NCBI GenBank assembly: GCA_051362555.1
Contig: CM120640.1
Span: forward strand, 69,418,788 to 69,482,787
DNA length: 64,000 nt
Direction: 5' to 3'
From: Lingula anatina
Lineage: Eukaryota; Animalia; Brachiopoda
Each line of letters starts with the position of its first letter. Position 1 is the stretch's first letter. The position numbers were made by a program, and so were the translations under genes. Shown one piece after another: positions 38,841-50,900 of this stretch. Below the pieces are notes generated by a model. It made no database searches, was not told where the DNA came from, and saw nothing but the letters and a program-made list of their open reading frames with translations.

Positions 38841-41345
38841 GCAGAGTTATAGTAGTGCAGCAGTGTCTGTTTTGAAAATTTAGAAACCTAAGAGGGAAAA
38901 AACAAACAATACATGAAAAAGTTTGATGCTACTTTTGGGTATAATGCAATTTATGTTTCCCACCCTTAAACAAACAATTGCTTGTATTATGTATACTGGG
39001 TAATTACAGTAAGTTGCTTGGACCACATTATCTAAAATGTAAATGTGAGAGAGTTTTTTGTCAGGAAATAAACCCAGACAGGCCTCATAAACCATAATTG
39101 CTGTATACACTATGTACTAACACTAGCCTCAGTTTTAGGAGCATAAATGCCCAAATTAACAACTCAAGCCATGAATTAAGTACCCCAGGTGAAATTAAGA
39201 GACAAACACACAGTATCAGATTGTTTGGTGTTGTAAAGCTGTGCTCATGGTTACTTAAATTTATGTTTGGATACTTGATTGGTTTGAGTCCTAAATTTTT
39301 GGTTTTCCTGCACAAAAATCTGATGCTTGAGTTTGTAAATGCCTAATTCATATATAAGGCCTGCTCACATCCCGTATATGTACTTCTTGCCTTCAGAGGT
39401 TAGTTCATGGCAGTTTTTAATAGGTGCACATGTACTGAGTTTCATTTGGTTATATCTCCTTGTGTCCAGCATCATTACTCTCCAAAATAAATACTCTCCC
39501 TCAGGGGATAACAATGAGAGAGCATAAAGAGATTTTACATTGGCATAACTATCGACAGACATGTCCTACTCGAGAGGGTGAAATTTAAAGATATGAAGGG
39601 CCCCAATTCATACAAATGAGTTGCTGGCTGACCATCATTTTACAGTTAAGTGTACAATATCAGAAAACTTAAACAAGAGTGCATGTACTGTACCATGTAC
39701 TAGTATGGTACGTACTATAATGCCCAGTGCAGCAGTGTGACACATTCCAAGGCAATGGGTTAGATGAAACTGGGAATAATATAATGTGGTCCACAGCAAA
39801 ATGTGATAAGAGAGCTGGAAGTCAGCATACGGAAATGGCAATGGATTTATGGATTTTATAAAGCAAGTTGATCACGTCCCCCCCCCCCCCCCCAAAAAAA
39901 AAAAAAAAAGTCAACACACACACATGCACACATACGCCGACTAGAAACTGCATCACAACAGAGTGGTACCTTGGTTTGAGACACACTAGAGTTCCCTTCG
40001 CGAGCAATCTGTTTAACAAAGAGCGTCACCCGTCCAAACGATTTTTTTTTTTACTTTATACAAGTGGTAAACCAGAATTTTACCATACATGCCATCCGCT
40101 GCAGTTTGTTGCACATGTTGTTTCGTATGAAATATGGCTCAGTAATCATTAATTTAATGTTTTTATTCTCCGATATTTAATAAGTACATATCAAATTTCG
40201 AATAGATGTCTTTATAAATACATTTGATGATAGTTTAAATAATCAACATACTTATAATAAACGCTGATAATCTCAAAAATTCGTATTACAGCTCATCCAT
40301 CAATCTCAGTTTTATATATTTCAATCTCCGCATACAGCCTCACTTTCACTCGCAACTAAGTTGGAAAATATATTGATGGTGCTTACACAACGCAGTCTTT
40401 TCCTTCCTATGTGTTGTGCTGTGGGTGAAACTGCCTCTTGCATGTTGATTGGTGTATGATCTTGTTAAATACGACGCTGTGCATATGTCATCGTTACTGA
40501 ACAGGGCGTTTAAATCTGGTATGTACTGGTTAACGTAACTTAGTAATACGGTATTACTAAGTGTCTGTAGACTCTATTTAACCCTGTCTATCTCAACCAT
40601 CAGCCATTTAGTTGCTTTATAAGTGTATCCCGATGACCTGGCCTTCGAAAGTGCTGCAGGCGTTCAACACTCGCTAGATATGCTAGTCTCAGCATACTAG
40701 ATGTGTTAGTATGGTAGTAAACATACAGAAAATTAAATTCATAATTTTCAATAACGCAGCTAGGACATACTCTCAACAATCACAAATTTTCTTTGGGTGA
40801 CAAATGGTTTGATGTCTGTAATGAATACTGCTACTTATATTAGGCTTTATCTTCACTTCCTCTGGAAGCATCTCAAAAGGCATGGAAGCCCTTAAGGAAA
40901 AGGCGTAAAATCGGGCTTAAACACTTCTGTTGAATGAAAATGCCATAGAAACACCTATATGCCATTCCAGTATTTGGCAAAACCTGGATGTAAAGCAGGA
41001 TAGGACATGAAAGAAGCCATGCCTAATAGTTCATCATTTATTTTCTGAGATTTTGTTATATGGTCTACATGGGGGAATTTATGAAATTCGTCAAAAATAC
41101 TCAACCAATTTTGTTCATTTTTTTTTTAATTATGGTAGATTATGGTGATATTCTTAAGTTATTTTAAATTTCTGGTTTTTAGGTTCATTAAACAGGTTAA
41201 TTGATTAACCAATCAAGATGAAAGCTAAGCATTGATTAAAATGTAGCACTATGAATTTGTACATGTTAAATTATCTGAGTTTTTGCAGCTACGCAGGTAA
41301 GGTCTCGGAACACCCTTCAGTGTACAAAAACACCTGAGGCTTGAT

Positions 41346-42752
41346 ATGACATCACTTACAAATGGCATGTGTAAGTGCTTAGACATTTCATTTATTCAAA
41401 ATACCTGTAATAAAAACATTAAATCGTTATCAAACTGGTGGGGGGTTATAAAAGACAAAGGGACTTTAAATTGCCAATGACATACTAAAAAGGGCTATTA
41501 GTAAGTTGGCAGAACATGGATATTTATAGCCTGGATAGCTTGTACCACATGGTGTAAGAGGCCTGACCTGTGGTAAGGCCAAAAACTGAGGCAGCATGTT
41601 AAAGGAAACACATTGAATTAATAACAAGGAAGATGTGTGTCCACACTTATGGACACCATGTAGAACTGTAATTGATTCTTCAAAACAAATAAATTTTGAT
41701 TTCTTTTTGCAGGGACCACTTTCCTAAGAGTTAGATGTTTGAATTCACACTTGCTAAAGATACGTTGCTACACAAAACCTCCAGACACACATGGAGCCCA
41801 GCACTTCAAAAAGCCCCCTTTAACGTCTTGTAAGGATTCTCCTGATTCCCACAGCCAGGAAAGAGATGACCATAGAACTCCTAGAAGAGCTCGACACAAG
41901 ACCCAACATCCATCTGAAAATGGAGCTCATGAGAGAAGTAAACAGGAATCCAGGGGACCCCATGATGGTGACCAAGGACCCCATGATGAAGGTCACCAAG
42001 GACCCCGTGATGAAAGTCACCAAGGACCTCGTGATGAAGGTCACCAAGGACCCTGTGATGAAGGTCACCAAGGACCCCATGACAAGCACCATAAAGATAC
42101 TTCTAAACAGACTCACTTATACAAAATTCTAGGTATCGAACCTACAGCGAGTCATGCACAAATTAAATCTGCATACTACAAGAAGTCAAAGATCTATCAC
42201 CCAGATGTGAACCAAACTGAAGAGGCTGCTGTCAAATTAAAGGAAGTTCAAGATGCCTACAAAGTGCTTAGTAATCCAGCCCAGCGCAAAGTGTATGATA
42301 GACACATACCTTATGAATTTAGCAGAAAACAATTGACAGATGATGATTTTACTGATATGGATAGATATTTCATAAAAACATATATTACAAAGCACAGACC
42401 GCAGTATGGAAGAATTGAGTACTATAAATTTAAGGAAAGACATGCAACCCTGCAATATCAGGCTATGGAGAGAAATTATAAATGTCACTTGATTCAGATG
42501 GAATTTGAACGTGAACAGCGTCTTAGAGAAAAGGCAAAGAAGAATAATCAATATTATACAATGACTGATTTTGTGGATACAGCACTACCTCCAGCACAAG
42601 GTGCTTTTATTTTATTGTTCGCTGTGGTTATTGGTATGAAATTGTTTGTATTTATCGAGGAGCAGACGGAAAGAAGAAGAAAAAGACAAGAAAGGAGAAA
42701 GGCTCGATTAGCTAAAAGCAAGAACCTGCAAATTACTGCAAATAATAAATAA
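41346..42752 (+). CDS. DNAJC30: DnaJ homolog subfamily C member 30-like (mitochondrial J-protein)
   Basis: Exons 41346-41370 and 41713-42752 join in frame. Basic presequence-like N-terminus, J-domain HLYKILGIEPTASHAQIKSAYYKKSKIYHPDVN..AYKVLSNP..RKVYDR and a C-terminal hydrophobic TM segment. Head-to-head with BUD23, as human DNAJC30 is. Confidence 0.8.
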
Positions 42753-43049
42753 AAGTTTGATTTGATTTTACATATTTTTGTGAAATTTACACATTGCAGT
42801 ACTCCTTGTTAACTGAAATCTTGATACAAGTGGCAAATGCTGAGGAGTAGCAGATAATCATTAAAGCTGTGCTGTTCAAGCACTTTTAAATTATCTAGCT
42901 AGATTTAATTTATGGTTTTATTGCAATAAAAAACCTCTCAGTTGTAAATGTGATAAACTGTTTTAATTATATGATGCACTCTCAGAGTACGTACATATAT
43001 TTTCATAAGTTTCCAGTAAACCTTGGCACACTGTTGCAAACACTGTTCA

Positions 43050-43083
43050 CTGATGAAGTCCCAAGTGTTGGGACAAAAGCTCT
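43050..43083 (+). ncRNA. Degenerate minimal hammerhead ribozyme motif (Penelope-like)
   Basis: CTGATGA-a-gtccca-agtgt-tgggac-AAAA-gctc: the core box and stem II are intact, but the GAAA box is mutated to AAAA and stem I is unclear. Confidence 0.4.
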
Positions 43084-44272
43084 CGTGTGCACTTTCAGCT
43101 ATTGTGTAGAAGTTAAACAGTTTTAAAGTTAATCATTATCCTAAAGTTGTTTGATATTTTTTGACACCTTTGTTTTCTGGATACAACAGAAAATAGAAAC
43201 TGGACTCCTATTTGGACTCCCTGTAACTGCTGTCCTGAATTTAGCTTCATAACTTGACTATCAAAAGGCAAAAATAATACTGAACACTCGTAGATTTGCT
43301 AGATGTTATGCAGAGACTCCGATGTTTTGTCTTTTATCACAAGGACCCATTCAGGGAACTGTCATTATAGGTGACACTGCTGGTTGTATTGCAGTCATCA
43401 GATATTTACTCATATTAGAGAATCTGGCCGCTCCTTTGACATAATAAGAGGACTGGTTCTGGAGAGGAGCCAAGGAGACCATCTATGAAAGGATAGAGAA
43501 ACCATCACTGAACAAGAGGGGTGGGATGTGTCTCCAGCTACACTGTGTGTGGGCGTTTCTGTGCCGAATGTCGACTGATGACTGCAATACCACCAGTAGT
43601 GTAGGGAAGCCTCCTCTTGAAAAGCTGGTGAGTATACGAGTGCATTGGAAAGAAGAGGAGGCATGTTAATCTGCAAATTTGATTGGATTCAGTAAGAGTC
43701 CCCACAGAGTTTGGGCCCATTGTCTCCTGTTCATACCAGAGAAAATCTGTGTTGGGTTCAAATTTAACTGTTTAAATTTCCCTTAGCAGTATGATATGCT
43801 TTTTGTGTGTTATGTCTTTGCAAATAATCCATGAACAACTTTCAAGATAACCTAAGCTCTAGATTAAGCTCCTAAAGCTTGAGAGAATTAAATAAAGCTG
43901 TGCAGGTGGATTATTGCTGAGCTGGTGATCATCTCATTGCAAAGATCATGATTCTTCCAGAACTTGTTACCCCAGCTAACACAGGCTATGTTTTCATTTG
44001 TGGCAATTTGTACTTTCTTTATCAACGAGATATCTCAGAGCTCCTCACAAATTTTGGTGAAATTTCTGTTCGGACATTTACTAAGAAATTTTAATTTGAG
44101 TATTGGACTCAAAAAGAGCAACTACTGCATTTCAGTAGAACAGGTCTTTGTATACAGCCTCTCATTTCCTAACTCAGAAGGAATGCATCATAACTTTCAA
44201 AGTTTGAAAACCAATATTTAACAAAAACTTTATTGTCAGTCTCAAATAAACAATGTTAAGATGACAAAAACA

Positions 44273-44445
44273 TTAAAGGTACATTTGAACCAGTGGAGCA
44301 TGGATTCCCAAGAAGGCATATGAACTACTACTAGTTTCTAATACGACTCAAATGAAGTCAACAAACCAAATGATAAAATCTCAGCCATAAAAGAGATTTT
44401 TGGTTGTAAATATGACCTACTTATCTGGTCCATTTATTAACAATG
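44273..44445. repeat. Truncated copy of the Kolobok-like element at 57475-57851
   Basis: ttaaaggtacat..tggagcatggattc..gactcaaat..cagccataaaaga..ttttggttgtaaat is shared with 57471-57680. Confidence 0.65.
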
Positions 44446-44906
44446 AAACAAAAATAATGATTATTACCAATAAATGAAAATTAAAGGTTGTACACTATTA
44501 AACACAGCAGAGACATGTCAACTGTTAATATTTATTTTGTTGACTTTTCAAATTGGTGGACTTCTTCCAATATGCTTGGACACAAACTTCATAGCTAGTG
44601 TTGCAAAGTTTAAATGTACTAGAAATATAGTCACAAATGTGGAGAAAGTTGCTTTATTTATTCCTATTATCCTGGTAGACATTATTATTTAAAAATATCA
44701 CAACTGACACAAGTTAACGGGGGGTTTACTGAATACTATTTTTTGATAATTTCTAATTATCAAAGAACATTTTTTTACACTAAAGTAAAAAATGGTATCA
44801 TTGCTCATGTCTGCATCTTCATAGATTTAAACAGTTATATAATGATAGCATGACTGCAGCTCTTGTATCATTACTGCTATTCACATCATGCTGTTCAGTC
44901 CTCATC

Positions 44907-47900
44907 TCAAGGTAAAGTCACATCCCCTTTGCTGGACAGATTAATAAGTTTTAATGCACGTAGCACCTGAAAGAACAGAAATGAGAAAAACTGTTCCACT
45001 TATTAATTCCTCAAGTCATTTTTCTTTTCTTTTTTTTTTTTCAGAAAAAGTTTTGTTCTTAAACCACTAACAACTAGAGGATCAGAGAGGCGATACCGCC
45101 TCCGAATGTTGTACCACCAGCTGGGGTAAGCGCGATCGTATAGACCCATACACACAAAAAAGGGACACCACCACCAGTCTTGTGCTTGACAAGCTGTAAA
45201 AAATGCAATCAACAAGAATTCTCAAAATATGCAAAAAAAATATATATAACTAAAAATGGTACAATCAAAGTTCAGTCCATAGTAAGATAGGTCAAAGGTC
45301 AATTTCAAGGTCACAGTAAATTTCCAGTATATGACTTCCTATTCAAGTTCAATAGCAACTATGGACCTATCTCTGCCAGTTTTGGAGATAAAAGGGAACC
45401 AAAATTTGTAAACTTCAATTCATGATAAAAAGTAGGTCAAACGTAAATTTCAAGGTCACGCTTAGATTGCCGGTATATGACTTCCTATTCAAATTCAATA
45501 GTAACTATGGGCGTATCTTGTCAGTTTTGGAAATAAAAGGGAACCAAAATTTGCAAAGTTAAGTTCATGGTTAAAAGTAAGGCAAAGGTCAATTTTAAGG
45601 TCACAGTAAATTGCCTCTAATGACTTCATATTCAAGTTCAATAGTAACTATGGACCTATCTCTGCTAGTTTTGGAGATAAAAGGGAACAAAATTTGCAAA
45701 GTTCAGTTCATGGTTAAAAGTAGGTCAAAGGTCAATTTTAAGGTCACAGTAAATTGCCTTGTATGACTTTCTATTCAAATTTAATAGTAACTATGGGCGT
45801 ATCTCTGCCAGTTTTGAAAATAAAAGCATTAAAAAGTTGCAAAGTTCAGTTTATGGTGTAAAGTAGGTCAAAGGTCAATTTCAAGGTCACATTAAGATTG
45901 CCAGTATATGACTTCCTATTCAAGTTCAATAGTAACTATGGACCGATCTCTGCCAGTTTTGGAGATAAAAGGGAACCAAAATTTGTAAACTTCATATCAT
46001 GATGAAAAGTAGGTCAAAGGTCAATTTCAAGGTCACACTTAGATTGCCAGTATATGACTTCCTATTCAAGTTCAATAGTAACCACGGACCTATCTCTGCC
46101 AGTTTTGGAGATATAAGGGACTAAATGTTATAATTTTGGAGTTACCATAATGTGCCTTAAATTTCGTACAGAAAAAATTAATTAAAATAAAGAAAATGTC
46201 ATTTTGGTCAAAATTCTTGAAATAGGAGGTGCTCTGAAGTTTCAGAAGTTCAAATTTGATGAAATAATGTCATTTTTGAACACAAGTTGTCTGCTTTGCC
46301 AAGCCTTATGTTTTATTTTTCCAGAGTTCAAAATTTATTATCCATTACCGTACTGCACATTTTGCTTTTACCACCAATATGTACTTTTTGATACAGCGTA
46401 ACTCGAAAACCGTATGGAAAACAAAAAAACGGAGACCACTCCCAGTGTTGGGCTTTACATGCTCTACAAAATGCAAAAAAGAATGGGTCTCTAGCACTAA
46501 CGGTTCCCGAATTAGAGACAGTTTTCAGTGTTGGTATCTTATGGCCGCTACTCCCGTGAAAATGCACCGATCGACCCCAAATTCACAGAGATGAAAGATG
46601 ACCCAAAGGGTAACACTTTTCAATAATATTATTGGTTAAGTCTGTGTAGTGTCTGAATAACAGGGCAAAAAAATTTTTTTTCGTAAAAAATTTCGTTTTT
46701 TTGAAAATTTTTGCCCGTTTGACCTGGAAATAAAGGTCAAAGGTCAAATCCAAGGGCATATTTGAAATCTACACGTATGACTTTTGGAAAGCTGTCTGTA
46801 GAAATTTTTCCCATAATTCCTTCCCTAGGGTAGATAATTAGCATTTAATTTTGCCATTTTTGGACAAGGGTGCATTGCAATGAGTGCCACACCTAGACCC
46901 CAATACCGACAAAGCCCAAATTTTATGTGGAACAAGTTGAGATGACCTAAATCCAAGAGATGGGTACGCAGGCCCTAGTAGTCTAGGAGGAGAAGCGGTA
47001 ACGGTAACTTGGCGGCGGAGCCGCAGGAGCCGGCGGAGCCGGCGGAACATACGGGTCGGGACTAAAACCATGTGTACCGCCAGCGCCTACGCTGGTGGTA
47101 CAATAAAAATTTCTGCACCAATAATACTTTGTTTTACTTATTTTTACACATGAAAAAGTATTTGAAACTAGAGGATCAGAGAGGCGATACCGCCTCCGAA
47201 TATTGTACCACCAGCTGGAGCAAGCGCATTCGTATAGACCCCCACATACACAAAATAAGGGACACAGCCACCAGTTTTGTGCTTGACAAGCTGTAAAAAT
47301 GCAATCAACAAGAATTTTTAAACTACTGCAAAAAATATATATGGTACAATCAAATTTAAGTTCTTCGTAAGGTAGGTCAAGGGTCAATTTCAAGGTCACA
47401 GTAAATTGTATATGACTTTCTATTCAAGTTCAATAGTAACTACGGACCTATCTCAGCCAGTTTTGGAGATAAAAGGAAAGCAAAATTTGCAAAATTCAGT
47501 TTATTGTGTAAAGTAGGTCAAAGGTCAATTTTAAGGTCACATTTAGATTGCCAGTATATGACTTCCTTTTCAAGTTCAATAGTAACTATGGACCTATCTC
47601 TGCCAGTTTTGGAGATAAAAGGGAAGAAAAATTTGCAAAGTTCAGTTCATGGTGAAAAGTAGGTCAAAGGTCACTTTCAAGGTCATAGTAAGATTGCCAG
47701 TATATGACTTCCTATTCAACTTCAATAGTAACTATGGACCTATCTCAGCCAGTTTTGGAGATAAAAGGGAAGCAAAATTTGCAAAATTCAGTTCATGGTG
47801 AAAAGTAGGTCAAAGGTCAATTTCAAGGTCACATTTAGATTGCCAGTATATGACTTCCTATTCAAGTTCAATAGTAACTACGGACCTATCTCAGCCAGTT

Positions 47901-50900
47901 TTGGAGATAAAAGGAAAGCAAAATTTGCAAAATTCAGTTCATGGTGTAAAGTAGGTCAAAGGTCAATTTTAAGGTCACATTTAGATTGCCAGTATATGAC
48001 TTCCTATTCAAGTTCAATAGTAACTACGGACCTATCTCAGCCAGTTTTGGAGATAAAAGGAAAGCAAAATTTGCAAAATTCAGTTCATGGTGTAAAGTAG
48101 GTCAAAGGTCAATTTTAAGGTCACATTTAGATTGCCAGTATATGACTTCCTATTCAAGTTCAATAGTAACTATAGACCTATCTCTGCCAGTTTTGGAGAT
48201 AAAAGGGAAGCAAATTTTGCAAAGTTCAGTTTATGGGGAAAAGTAGGTCAAAGGTCAATTTTAAGGTCACATTTAGATTGCCAGTATATGACTTCCTATT
48301 CAAGTTCAATAGTAACTATGGACCTATCTCAGCCAGTTTTGGAGATAAAAGGGAAGAAAAATTTGCAAAGTTCAGTTCATGGTGAAAAGTAGGTCAAAGG
48401 TCACTTTCAAGGTCATAGTAAGATTGCCAGTATATGACTTCCTATTCAACTTCAATAGTAACTATGGACCTATCTCTGCCAGTTTTGGAGATAAAAGGGA
48501 AGAAAAATTTGCAAAGTTCAGTTCATGGTGAAAAGTAGGTCAAAGGTCACTTTCAAGGTCATAGTAAGATTGCCAGTATATGACTTCCTATTCAACTTCA
48601 ATAGTAACTATGGACCTATCTCTGCCAGTTTTGGAGATATAAGGGACTAAATGTTATAATTTTGGAGTTACCATAATGTGCCTTAAATTTCGTACAGAAA
48701 AAATTAATTAAAATAAAGAAAATGTCATTTTGGTCAAAATTCTTGAAATAGGAGGTGCTCTGAAGTTTCAGAAGTTCAAATTTGATGAAATAATGTCATT
48801 TTTGAACACAAGTTGTCTGCTTTGCCAAGCCTTATGTTTTATTTTTCCAGAGTTCAAAATTTATTATCCATTACCGTACTGCACATTTTGCTTTTACCAC
48901 CAATATGTACTTTTTGATACAGCGTAACTCGAAAACCGTATGGAATACAAAAAAACCGAGACCACCCCCAGTGTTGGGCTTTACATGCTCTACAAAATGC
49001 AAAAAAGAATGGGTCTCTAGCATTAACGGTTCCCGAATTAGAGACAGTTTTCAGTTTCGGTATCTTATGGCCGCTACTCCCGTGAAAATGCACCGATTGA
49101 CCCCAAATTCATGGAGATGAAAGATGACCTGAAGGGTAACACCTTCCAATAATATTATTGGTTAAGTCTGTGTGGTGTCTGAATAACAGGGCAAAAAAAT
49201 TTTTTTTCGTAAAAAATTTCATTTTTTTGAAAATTTTGGCCCATTTGACCTTGAAGTAAAGGTCAAAGGTCAAATCCAAGGGTATATTTGAAATCTACAC
49301 ATATGACTTTTGGAAAGCCGTCTATAGAAATTTTTCCCATAACTCCTTCCGTAGGGTAGATAATTAGCATTTAATTTTGCCATTTTTAGACAAGGGTGCA
49401 TTGCAATGAGTGCCACACCCAGACCCCAATACCGACAAAGCCCAAATTTTACGTGGAACGAGTTGAGATTATAGGTGACCTAAATCCATGAGATGGGTAC
49501 GGGGGCCCTTACCGTCTAGGAGGAGAAGCGGTAACGGTAGCCGTCCGGCGGAGCCGGCGGAACGATCCGGACGGGACCGAAACCATGTGTACCGCCAGCG
49601 CTAACGCTGGTGGTACAATAAAAGGTTGTGACAAAAACCAGGTTCCATGCATACTCCACCTTTAGTTTGGCTTCCCCAGTTTGTCCAGTTATTCTTAGCC
49701 CCATTTTATGCATTTCTGCAGTAGTCAGTGGCTTACTATAAAGGAATGGAGCAAATCGTTAGTCTTTTTGTTTGAAAAGACAATTGTACTTGACTATTAT
49801 AAACCCTTAGTTCCATATCGTTTTTATGTAAAGCAGCAAAAACACCAACCTGTTCCCTTCTTCTTTAAAATGGTCCCACAGCCCTTGATATGTCTAAAAG
49901 TGCAGAAGGAATACAAATTTTCACAATATGTGTATCATTCAGACCTACCCTTTTTGGTACAGATGGAATTGCTATATTATTTTTATTATTGTTAAAACTC
50001 TTTTGTCAATAAAATTGGGACCAATATCAGTAAATTGGAGGAAAATTATCTTGTTACAAATTTGAATTTGAAGCAAATAAATGATATTACTATATTTCAT
50101 CATATTGCTGCTTGAGTCAACACATGCAAGAAAAACATCTGAGAACAAACTTAGAACAAGGAATGGCTAACTCAATTCACACACTTTATTAACATCTTCC
50201 AGCTTGACTCTCCCCCGAATAAGATTTGAAACTGACAAAAACTCTTGTTCTGTGACTTCAAGGAAATCGTTGCTTTGATTTTCCCTTGTTTCCCTAGCTG
50301 ACAATACTGGAAAGTTGTTGCCTGCTTCTGAAATGTTTGCAAAATAAATCTGCATAAAACATTATGATCCTAACAGATAAAATATGAGTGAAAACAATTG
50401 ATGAGTGTTTTCAAAAACTTTATTATAAACAAATATACACCAATCTAGAGAAATTAGGTATATTTACAAACACAAACGCACTAGAGAAAAATACAAGAAT
50501 CCAAAGCTGGTTGCAAATCATGTTTGTTAAAGTCTGCTAGCCTAGTGCTTACAATAGGATGTCTTGTTTCTTTACATGTGAAATGACAAAGATAATAATA
50601 CAATCTATGGACTCATTCCAAATGAAACTATAGTTATACATATATCGATTTTTGCTGAATGCAATCAGATAAACAGATTGACACGCCTCCGCTTGTAACC
50701 AACTTACTCACATGATCACCATCTTTTCTGTATTTCACTCAACGCCAAACGGAGGTGTGTTGATCTGTAAATCTGACTGCAATGAGAGCCCCCATGGAGT
50801 TGAATTGATCTATGGAGAACAACAGTTTTAATGAGAATCGGACCTATAAAAAAAGTACCTGCTACTGAAGGTGCTACCCTTTGGTTTGCACTGGATCCTT

